The position numbers were made by a program, and so were the translations under genes. 64,000 bases of DNA from Thermoguttaceae bacterium (lineage in GTDB: Bacteria; Planctomycetota; Planctomycetia; Pirellulales; Thermoguttaceae): positions 3,935 to 67,934 of the forward strand of contig JAFZNK010000333.1 of the NCBI GenBank assembly GCA_017550965.1, read 5' to 3'. The notes under the pieces were generated by a model. That model ran no database searches. It saw only the letters and a list, made by a program, of their open reading frames with translations, and was not told the origin of the DNA. Below, one piece after another: positions 46,384 through 54,781 of the stretch. Each line of letters opens with the position of its first letter. The stretch's first letter is position 1.

Positions 46384-46618
46384 TATTGCGGTCGGTTAAG
46401 GGAATATTCTGAATGGAAGATCTAAGGACGACGTCGCCCGCGTCTGCCTTTGTCGATTGTCCTCAGATTTTCCTTTTGCACGGATCCTTGTCGGTAAGAA
46501 GATGAAACAGACTCGATTTTTACGAGTGTAAAATTGGGATTATGGCGATAGCGTCTGCAACGCGCTTTTTTGCTAACGAAGTGGCTGTCATAGTAATTGT
46601 ATAACCCCCAAGAGTACA

Positions 46619-47644
46619 ATGAGACTTAAAATAATTCGAATGGACCTTCCGCTCAAGCACGTTATGACCGTTTTTCGCGGAACGATCAGCGTCATTAGAA
46701 CGGTAGTCGTCGAGTTGGAACAAGACGGTCTTCGCGGTTATGGCGAAGCGTACGAGGATCTGCATTGGGGCGTTTCCATTGAAAGCATGGTTCGTTCGTT
46801 AGAGGCGTGTCGCGATATTACCGTTAATTACGCGTTGGCGGATCCATATGCTTTCCGTCGGCACATTGCGCCAGTTTTTAAAGACAATCCCAATCCAGCA
46901 GCCGTTTCCGCTATTGAAATGGCCGCTTGTGATTTGTGGGGTAAGCTGAGAAATATTCCTCTTTGGCGGGTGTGGGGATATGATCCCAGATATCTGCCTA
47001 TTTCGAGTTATACGTTAGGTCTTGATTCGTTGTATCGAATTCTTGAGAAATTTAGCGAACAACCGAATTGGCCTCTTTATCGCGTGAAAATGGGATCTCA
47101 CGAGGATATGACCATTTTGCGTGAGCTGCGCAAACGAACGACCGCTCCTTTTCGACTTGACGTTAATGGGTGCTGGACGCTTCAGCAGGCTCTTGATTAT
47201 ATGGACGAGTTGAAGACTCTCAACATCGAATTGATTGAACAACCTCTTCATCCCGACGATTGGGATGGAATGAAGAGACTGAAGGAAGCGTGTCCGTTTC
47301 CCTTGATTGCCGACGAGAGTTGTCGTTGCGAAGAAGATATTGAAAAGTGTTTGGGTTATTTTGACGGCTTAAATTTAAAACCTGTAAAATTTGGCGGTTT
47401 AAACTCGACGCACCATGCTTTGGAGAAGGCGCGGGCCTTAGGTTTTAAAACGATGATCGGCAATACGATTGAATCGTCAATAGCAGCTAGCGCCACGGCG
47501 CAATTTGCTCCTCGTTTAGACTTTGTTTATCTTGACGGTCCCATGTTAATTGATAAAAAGATTGGGACTGGCGTAGAATTAGATTTGGGGAAAATTGTTT
47601 TACCTCGCGAGAACGGCACGGGCATTTCTGTTTCTTCCCGCTGA
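46619..47644 (+). CDS. Dipeptide epimerase (L-Ala-D/L-Glu epimerase-like), enolase superfamily MLE subgroup
   Basis: YRVKMG (Lys box), RLDVNGCW, IELIEQPL and LIADESC (three metal ligands) and LNLKPVKFGG (second Lys) occur in the expected order. The size is 341 aa. Confidence 0.8.
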   Translation: MRLKIIRMDLPLKHVMTVFRGTISVIRTVVVELEQDGLRGYGEAYEDLHWGVSIESMVRSLEACRDITVNYALADPYAFRRHIAPVFKDNPNPAAVSAIEMAACDLWGKLRNIPLWRVWGYDPRYLPISSYTLGLDSLYRILEKFSEQPNWPLYRVKMGSHEDMTILRELRKRTTAPFRLDVNGCWTLQQALDYMDELKTLNIELIEQPLHPDDWDGMKRLKEACPFPLIADESCRCEEDIEKCLGYFDGLNLKPVKFGGLNSTHHALEKARALGFKTMIGNTIESSIAASATAQFAPRLDFVYLDGPMLIDKKIGTGVELDLGKIVLPRENGTGISVSSR

Positions 47645-47719
47645 CGACTCGATTGTTTGTTTGATGGGTTATTTGTGTTCGTTGGTCTCTTGGTTATTGT
47701 AAGTCTTTTATCGGTATAG

Positions 47720-48304
47720 ATGGATTCTAAAAAGAGAACGCGGCTGTATAGTCGTCGCGGCGATTTGGGCGAAACTTCTTTGTTGTTTGGTCCGCGTGTT
47801 GGAAAGGATCATCGTCGGATCGAATTGTTAGGAACGCTCGACGAATTGAGCTCTCAACTTGGGCATGCAAGAGCGATTGGCGTAGATCCCGAGGTCGATA
47901 GAATTCTTCGACGTTTACAGTACCGACTTTATGTGGTTGGGACCGAAGTCGCTTCGACTAATCCGGCAAAATTTGAGGTAAAGCTGGTGCGCGAGTCCGA
48001 CGTGAAAGCTGTCGAGAGGGTGATCGACATATGGGACGCGAAATTGGAACCCACGCGCGTGTTCATTTTGCCTTCAGGGACGCAGTCTTCAACTTGTCTC
48101 CACATAGCGAGATCAATTTGTCGGCGAGCCGAACGGCGCGCATGCGCTTTACTTCGTTTTGATCCTTCTTTCTCTCCACGAGTAGGCGCTTGGCTTAATC
48201 GAATTGGCGATCTAATTTTTGTCTTGGCTCGTTTCGAGAACCTGCGTCTTGGCGTTCATGAGGAATTTGCAGAAGATCGCCATGAAGACGCGGATTTGTT
48301 CTAA
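47720..48304 (+). CDS. PduO-type ATP:cob(I)alamin adenosyltransferase
   Basis: LYSRRGDLGETSLLFGPRVGKDHRRIELLGTLDELSSQLG and WLNRIGDLIFVLAR are typical of the PduO/MMAB family. The size is 194 aa. Confidence 0.85.
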   Translation: MDSKKRTRLYSRRGDLGETSLLFGPRVGKDHRRIELLGTLDELSSQLGHARAIGVDPEVDRILRRLQYRLYVVGTEVASTNPAKFEVKLVRESDVKAVERVIDIWDAKLEPTRVFILPSGTQSSTCLHIARSICRRAERRACALLRFDPSFSPRVGAWLNRIGDLIFVLARFENLRLGVHEEFAEDRHEDADLF

Positions 48305-51221
48305 GTTTTTGATTGACGTTTTTTTGACGTCTAAACAACCTCAGAATACTAAAAACGACAAGCGCTCCCCAGGATATCAAAGAGACGATAGCCCCTAAGA
48401 TTAGCTTTTTCGGACGATAGTCTACCTTTACGCACCAGAGTCCTTCTGGAACCGACGTTTTTCTTAAAAACTTTAACGTTCTTTCCGTTGGTTTAACGGT
48501 CGATTTTATGGGAGAATCTTTTTCAAAGTTCTTTATTGTCGCCTGGATTACTTTCGAGTTGAATCGATTATTTTGGAGTATCATCGCCTGGCTTTTTGAA
48601 ATGGCGATTGAAGTCGCAAACCAGTCGGGCCAAAACTGTTCCGCAAAAACAATATCAGAGGGATATTTGGTTGAAACGAGGTAAACAATTGAGTTTGGCT
48701 TATACGATAGAATCTCCACGCAATCGTCGTTTTCTTGGAGCGGTAGGGGCGCGTCGTCTCGTGAAGTAGACCTTTTACCGGATAGGGCTACTTGCTCTTC
48801 TGATTGATATAGAGCGGCTCGTGTTATGGGAAACTGAACGTGATCCATGGTCACGCTACAATCCAATTGAGCCGAAAAAAGTCCTTCTAAGAGGGTGGTA
48901 GGTTTTGGATTTGCGCTAAGTAGGTTCGCAACCCAGAATTTCGGACCAATCACATAGTCAACGCCCAGGAAACCGAGCGTCTCTCCGATGTTGGCGCTAT
49001 TGAGCGTCGCGTCAATAAAGTTACTGTAGTAGTTTTCGGAAACAGCCCCTCGCACGTCTAATAATGCAATGTTATGATCAAATGGATATAGGGGAAACAA
49101 CGTTTCAACATCCCAAATAATTCGTTCTGAATTGCGCTCTTTAGAGGTTTCTATTTGAAAAATAGGGGGAAACCAAACAGGGAAACGATAAACTCTGGTA
49201 GGGGGCGTCGCGTTAAATTCTTTGGAAATCGGAGAGTTGTTGTTTTGAATCTTGGGTTGAAGAATATGGAGCTTGTCTTTCTGTTCCTTTTCAATTTGCT
49301 TTAAAAAAACAGATTCTCTTTTGTATAAAGACGTCGGCGAAACAACGATGGTCCAACTGTTGGCAAGGTACACGTCAGTCGCCGTAACGGCGAGGAGACA
49401 AAGAGAAAGACATTGAACGCTTCTTGGCGAACGCCTGATTCTTTTAAGACGCAATGAGAGACATATTGCCGAAGAAATCAATAAGACGATCACTGTCTGA
49501 AGAAAAGAACGGCATACGTCATGTTGCGCCAGCGCAGGTTGAAAACTCCCAAACAACGGATCCGTCGAGCGAATTTTGGAAAAAAGGTCGTCTCCTGTCG
49601 CGGAAACAATAATGAGACAGAAAAACGCTATCAGGACGATTAGAAAAAGAGAGTTTCTTAGACGAACCGAGTATGATTTACAATCCCAACCAAACCCCGT
49701 AAGACATGAGAATCCGAGCATGGTCAACGTGAGAAATTTTGCAGGGTATCTGAAATTGGAAAAATAAGGCAAGGCAACGTTTAGAAGCCAGTAGACTCCC
49801 CCAATGGGATCATAGTTCGAAAAAGACGTCGTAATTTGTCTATTGGAAAGAAATTCGCCTAACATGCGACATATCCAAACCTGTCCAAAACCTCCCATGC
49901 TTGCCAGCAGAGAAATGAGAACAAGCCAAGTTCCAATTATTTGAAACGAATTGTCTTTAATACGGTTGAAACGAAAACGAATAGCTGAAAACGCCAATAG
50001 AAATGGAAATACTCCAAAGTATAAAGAAGGGGTCCACAACGACGCTTCTTCCGGAAGAACGTTAAACCATCGCGATGATTGAGGAAACTGTCGCCCGCCA
50101 ATGTTTGGGAAAACAAATTCTAACCATCGCCAAGGTCCGACGCTAAATCGATATGACGAACAACTATGACCTCCTGATGAAAAATCGGCGCAAAGCAAAT
50201 TAGAAAAGAAATCGTTGCTAAGAGTGTCTTTTTGTTCTTTGGAGTCGTGTGCAAGACGATACTTTTGCGGGATTTCCCAGATTGATCGAGGTTGTTCTGT
50301 TTGCCTTTGAGAATTTGCGACCATTTCAAGACTGGGCAGTATTTGAATTGCCGCCAAAGAAAAGGTTATTGTAGAAACAAACGCCGTAAAAAAAAACACG
50401 AATACAACTCGTTGACGAAAAGACGTTTTTACCAACGACGATCGTGAAAGACGGTTGGGGAATATTCCATGTTTAACTGGAACGAATAAAAATATAATAG
50501 CTAAGGTTACAATAGTAAAGTAAACAATTTGAGGTTCTCCCCCTAATATCGCCAGGGAAAGAAGAACTCCAAGTTTTATAAGAATCTTTACTCTTTTATG
50601 AAAAAAAACTTCGCGGTAAAAACTAAGGGCAAGTGAAAAGAATCCCGGCGTCCACGCCGCTCCCACCAGATAGACGACGTTGGTATATTGGAAAAGAATA
50701 TGTCCCGAAAACGCATATGTTAACGCGCCGAATAAGGATCCAGTATGAGAAATCTTCAAGTTTCTTGATAATCGGTAAGACAGAGCAAAAGCGACGACGA
50801 CATGAATCCAAACGTACAATTTGAAACACGTCGCGTAGCTGACGCAACCTAAACTTGACAGAAAAAAAATCAGCTTTATGGGATAAAAAACTGACGCTGT
50901 CGGATCGGCCGCCAGCGGTTGTCCAAGATTTACAAACGGAGTCCACAACGGGACGTTTCCACTTTCCCAGCAATTTTGTATTTGTTGAAATAGCGGGTAG
51001 TAATAAAAGGCGACGTCTCGATAGGAGAAACGAGCGTTTGAGGAAAAAGACGGGAAGAAAAGGGCGACAAATAAAGCAATGGGGACGACGAAAGATAGAA
51101 GATATTCCCAAAGAACAAGGGAGACTCGGGGGAATTGACACAGTCGAACGAGCGGAGTTTTTCTTTCAACTGACGTGTTGACGCTCGACCGACAACGTTT
51201 ACAAAAAGCATCTAATCGCAA
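48195..51221 (-). CDS. YfhO-family polytopic membrane protein (glycosyltransferase-like), 1008 aa
   Basis: The N-terminal RDVAFYYYPLFQQIQNCWESGNVPLWTPFVNLGQPLAADPTASVFYP matches the YfhO family signature. There are many TMs, a large soluble C-terminal region and a final TM. The only start in frame is TTG at 51221, 16 bp after the tsaE stop. Confidence 0.7.
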   Translation of the reverse strand: MRLDAFCKRCRSSVNTSVERKTPLVRLCQFPRVSLVLWEYLLSFVVPIALFVALFFPSFSSNARFSYRDVAFYYYPLFQQIQNCWESGNVPLWTPFVNLGQPLAADPTASVFYPIKLIFFLSSLGCVSYATCFKLYVWIHVVVAFALSYRLSRNLKISHTGSLFGALTYAFSGHILFQYTNVVYLVGAAWTPGFFSLALSFYREVFFHKRVKILIKLGVLLSLAILGGEPQIVYFTIVTLAIIFLFVPVKHGIFPNRLSRSSLVKTSFRQRVVFVFFFTAFVSTITFSLAAIQILPSLEMVANSQRQTEQPRSIWEIPQKYRLAHDSKEQKDTLSNDFFSNLLCADFSSGGHSCSSYRFSVGPWRWLEFVFPNIGGRQFPQSSRWFNVLPEEASLWTPSLYFGVFPFLLAFSAIRFRFNRIKDNSFQIIGTWLVLISLLASMGGFGQVWICRMLGEFLSNRQITTSFSNYDPIGGVYWLLNVALPYFSNFRYPAKFLTLTMLGFSCLTGFGWDCKSYSVRLRNSLFLIVLIAFFCLIIVSATGDDLFSKIRSTDPLFGSFQPALAQHDVCRSFLQTVIVLLISSAICLSLRLKRIRRSPRSVQCLSLCLLAVTATDVYLANSWTIVVSPTSLYKRESVFLKQIEKEQKDKLHILQPKIQNNNSPISKEFNATPPTRVYRFPVWFPPIFQIETSKERNSERIIWDVETLFPLYPFDHNIALLDVRGAVSENYYSNFIDATLNSANIGETLGFLGVDYVIGPKFWVANLLSANPKPTTLLEGLFSAQLDCSVTMDHVQFPITRAALYQSEEQVALSGKRSTSRDDAPLPLQENDDCVEILSYKPNSIVYLVSTKYPSDIVFAEQFWPDWFATSIAISKSQAMILQNNRFNSKVIQATIKNFEKDSPIKSTVKPTERTLKFLRKTSVPEGLWCVKVDYRPKKLILGAIVSLISWGALVVFSILRLFRRQKNVNQKLRTNPRLHGDLLQIPHERQDAGSRNEPRQKLDRQFD

Positions 51222-51237
51222 CTGATTTACCGCGCCC

Positions 51238-51735
51238 TTATTTCAAACGAGGCGACGAAGCTTTTTGCCACCTGGTTAGGATTAAGCTTTCAAGATTCGA
51301 GTCAAAATCTCCGCGTGAAGCAATAATGAAATGTCGAGCCGACGGTCCGACTGGCAAAATTGATATTTCCAGATAGTCTTTTGGCATTGCGTCCTCAACT
51401 TTGTCGGCCCACTCAACAAACGATAGTCCTTCAGAATCAAAATACTCTTCGACTCCCAATTCACAAAACTCGTCTGAATCCCGCAAGCGATAAGCGTCGA
51501 AGTGATAAATTGAACGTTTTGTTCCTTGATATTCCCGAATTAAGACAAACGTTGGACTGCCCACTTCGTCCTTAGGAACGCCTAGAGCTTGACAAATAGC
51601 TTGAACAAGTCGTGTTTTTCCCGCGCCAAGCGCTCCGAGTAACGCGACTACGGTTCCTGCCGGAAGCGCGTTGGCGAGAACGCGACCTAAAATATCAGTT
51701 TCCTTTTCGTTTTTGACGTCTATTTCAACAGACAT
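51238..51735 (-). CDS. tsaE: tRNA threonylcarbamoyladenosine (t6A37) biosynthesis ATPase TsaE
   Basis: 165 aa. LLGALGAGKTRLVQAI (P-loop), SPTFVLIREY and HFDAYRL motifs are present. Confidence 0.9.
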   Translation of the reverse strand: MSVEIDVKNEKETDILGRVLANALPAGTVVALLGALGAGKTRLVQAICQALGVPKDEVGSPTFVLIREYQGTKRSIYHFDAYRLRDSDEFCELGVEEYFDSEGLSFVEWADKVEDAMPKDYLEISILPVGPSARHFIIASRGDFDSNLESLILTRWQKASSPRLK

Positions 51736-51820
51736 TATTCTGACGGACTAAAATGGAGCTTGTCTTTTGAAGGAAAAGCGGTAAAACGCCCACGCGACAC
51801 AGATTCTACTCTTATTTTAC

Positions 51821-51864
51821 TGAAAAGCAAAGAACCCCCGATTTCCTTGAATCAGGGGTTCTTT
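51821..51864 (-). terminator. Rho-independent terminator after the DUF11-repeat gene
   Basis: AAAGAACCCCCGAT (51829-51842) pairs with ATCAGGGGTTCTTT (51851-51864), 13 of 14 bp. On the minus strand it is followed by GCTTTTCAG. It lies 34 bp downstream of the stop at 51898. Confidence 0.6.
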
Positions 51865-51897
51865 ATTGACTACGTCTTTTAAGGAAAAACGTCGCGT

Positions 51898-54159
51898 TTA
51901 TTGATAAACACGCGTATTTTCTTCTTTGACAAGAGGTTCTAAGTCGTCTGAACTAAGCTGGAAACCTACTCGACAGTCGCCCGATGCGTTTGGAGTCGCC
52001 TTGATAACGTAGGTTACGCTTGACTTCGGAGGAATGCTGCCAATCTTTTCAAAGATAATCACTCCCTTTTGTTCTGTCGCCTTAGTTGGACCGTCGGTTG
52101 CCAGGATGGAGACGGCGTCCGGGGTGAGGATTTGTAAAACGACGTTGTTAGACGCTTTCGTTCCTCTGTTTTCTATCTGGACAGAATACTGGTATTCTTT
52201 ACCAACTTCGACGAGATCCGTCGACGAGCTGACGTTGAACGACAGCGCCGCCAGACCGTCGATATTGATCGAATGGGTGGTTTGAGCGTTTAACTCGTTG
52301 GGGCCCGACGCGCTGAAAACAAGCTCCGCCTGACTTGCTTGATTTGTCTCAATTTGCAATTCAATATCCGCGTTAGTCTTGGCGGGCAATTCCGCGAGAT
52401 CCCAATATACGCAATGGTCCTCTTTTTTGTACGCCCCCAAATTATTAGCTTTGACGAAATTGACTCCGTCCGGAAGTCGCGCGATAAGTTTTACGTCAAA
52501 CGCCGAAGCGTCGCCGACGTTTTTCACACTCAATTGGTAGGTGGCGGTACGTTCAAGATAAACGTTTTGAGGACCCGATATAGCCAGTTCCAACATAGGC
52601 GAAAGGATGCTGATTTCAGTCTCAATTGTTTGAGGTTCGCAATTATCGGCTTGAATCGTGAGTTTGTTAATTGCCACGCCAGAGGCAACTGCTTGCAATT
52701 CAAGAGGAATGTGCTTGGTCTCGCCAGGTTTGATTGAACCAAATCCATTATTGTTTAAGACCGGACCGTTGGGATGGTATAATCCTTCCGGAATGACTTC
52801 CTGCAGACTAACGTTGTTGGCTACTCCCGTTCCGACGTTAGAAACAACGATCGAAAACTTAACAGTTTCGCCTGCTTCAACACTGTCAGGAGCAGAAACT
52901 TCAACTTGGAGTTTCGGTCTGGAACATTTCGTCACACTCGACGCAGAAGCGGCTACGATTACCGTCGCCGTGCTGCCAAAATCGCCTTCCTGAGTTGGAA
53001 GAATCGAATATTCAAATTTTTTTTCAGCTTGAGGTTGCAAACTGAAAGACGGCCAAACCATTTCCCCTTGCTCATTGGGAACAACTGACGACGAGTTGTC
53101 GACGAATCGAGTCCCGTTCGGGATAGAATCCCTCAAAATCAGATTGGAGACCTCTTTTTGACCGAGATTTTTAACGGTGACGACGATCGTTGCCACCTGA
53201 TTCAATTGTACTTCTCCCGGCGCTTCCTTCTCAACGACTATTTGCGTCGTTTGAGAGCCGTCGTATTTCGGGTCAGGAGTCGGAAGACTTACGGCGTCCT
53301 GCGTCACGTATTGGATCAAATTATTCGAAGGGGCGACGTTTCTCGTTGAAATAGGTGTCGTTGAAGCAACGGTTGAATTAGCGTTCGATCCGATTGTTTG
53401 AGACGCAGACGATCCTTCTCCCGAAAGCGTTAGTATTTCTGTACCAGGCGTATTTATCGTTGGGACTGGTGCGGGGTTCGTCGTCTCCGGCAGTTCAGAC
53501 GGAGCTCCTGAGAACGATTGTTCCTCATTTTGGGTCAAAATATCGTCGAGTTGATCATTGGCCTGAACGGACGCCGTATTAGGAAAATCATTGTCGTTCT
53601 GATAACCGTTTTCAAAAGAGCTTAATTGATCCGCAATCGGAACCATGACAGAAGGAGACTCTGCCGGCGAATGCGCGCCTTGTCCTGTCGATAAAGGCGC
53701 GTCCGCGACGTCAGAGTCGAATGTTCCAGGAGCCAAGGAATCGTTCTCATTTTCCGCGTCAACAACGATCAAAGGGAGCGACGATCCGGAAATTGCCGGA
53801 AAGTCTGAGGTCTGATTGTCAGCGTCGTCAGGTTCTACCACCATAAGGCTCAAAGCGCCGCCTCCTGACGTTGGACGAATCTTGTTTCTCGATTGTTCCA
53901 ATTTGGGAGACGAGTAGGCGTTCGAGGCAGGTTCTAAGGCGTCTCCGCGCGACGTCTCCTGGGGGACTGACAGAGATAGCGAACCGCTCGGCTTGGTCGA
54001 ATTAACTTTTGGAGAACGTATAGGGACAGAGCCGGACGTACCTTGCGCGGCGTTGAGTTGCGTAGGCGAGCTTAGTTGTTTGCAGGTCCAAACGACTCCG
54101 ACTACGATGAGCGCCGCTCCGACAAAGCCTACGACGCATTGAAGCGCTGAACGTTTCAT
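51898..54159 (-). CDS. Signal-anchored surface protein with a long Ser/Pro/Asn-rich linker and four DUF11 (conserved repeat domain) repeats
   Basis: The N-terminus is hydrophobic (VVGFVGAALIVVGVVW). The four repeats are VTVKNLGQKEVSNLILRDSIPNG, IVVSNVGTGVANNVSLQEVIPEG, LSVKNVGDASAFDVKLIARLPDG and VQIENRGTKASNNVVLQILTPD. Confidence 0.8.
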   Translation of the reverse strand: MKRSALQCVVGFVGAALIVVGVVWTCKQLSSPTQLNAAQGTSGSVPIRSPKVNSTKPSGSLSLSVPQETSRGDALEPASNAYSSPKLEQSRNKIRPTSGGGALSLMVVEPDDADNQTSDFPAISGSSLPLIVVDAENENDSLAPGTFDSDVADAPLSTGQGAHSPAESPSVMVPIADQLSSFENGYQNDNDFPNTASVQANDQLDDILTQNEEQSFSGAPSELPETTNPAPVPTINTPGTEILTLSGEGSSASQTIGSNANSTVASTTPISTRNVAPSNNLIQYVTQDAVSLPTPDPKYDGSQTTQIVVEKEAPGEVQLNQVATIVVTVKNLGQKEVSNLILRDSIPNGTRFVDNSSSVVPNEQGEMVWPSFSLQPQAEKKFEYSILPTQEGDFGSTATVIVAASASSVTKCSRPKLQVEVSAPDSVEAGETVKFSIVVSNVGTGVANNVSLQEVIPEGLYHPNGPVLNNNGFGSIKPGETKHIPLELQAVASGVAINKLTIQADNCEPQTIETEISILSPMLELAISGPQNVYLERTATYQLSVKNVGDASAFDVKLIARLPDGVNFVKANNLGAYKKEDHCVYWDLAELPAKTNADIELQIETNQASQAELVFSASGPNELNAQTTHSINIDGLAALSFNVSSSTDLVEVGKEYQYSVQIENRGTKASNNVVLQILTPDAVSILATDGPTKATEQKGVIIFEKIGSIPPKSSVTYVIKATPNASGDCRVGFQLSSDDLEPLVKEENTRVYQ

Positions 54160-54781
54160 TAGTAATCCTGACTATGTGTTGCGATTGAATCCAATTGATT
54201 GAGGGACAGAAACAAAAAGCTCTGCACCCTGACAACAACTCTTCTCAAGGAGATCAATAATAACAACCAATACGAGTGAAAAAGGGAAAAACGGAATCTT
54301 GCGCTGATTAATAGCGATTCGTTAACGACAGACGTTGCAACCGCGCGCTACCGCTCAACGACGTCTGCGCAATTTGCACGGTCGAAGTCTGATTCCAGAC
54401 GTCGCATACTCTTTTTTCGGCCGGCTGTTACGTTTCCTCTTATACGCTAACAACCTTTAAGTATTGCGTTATTTTCGCGCCTTTTTACACGCTCCCGCGA
54501 GAATAGCATTTTTTATCTGTTTAGAAAAGAGCATTTTCTGGAGCTTTTTCACTCAGTTTATAAATTAGGGGCCTTTTCATGTCTTTACCCTAAATAGGAG
54601 CCTGACATTTGATTGCCGTTTGTCGACGACAATAATTGAGAACTACGTCGAGAAGAAGAACGCCAGATAATTCGTTCTTTAACTGTTTGAAAAAGACCGT
54701 TCGTTTCAACAATAGAGGATTGAGCCTGTCTTAAAAAACTAAAAAATTGGACAGGCATATGACAATGTCAAGAGTATTCAA

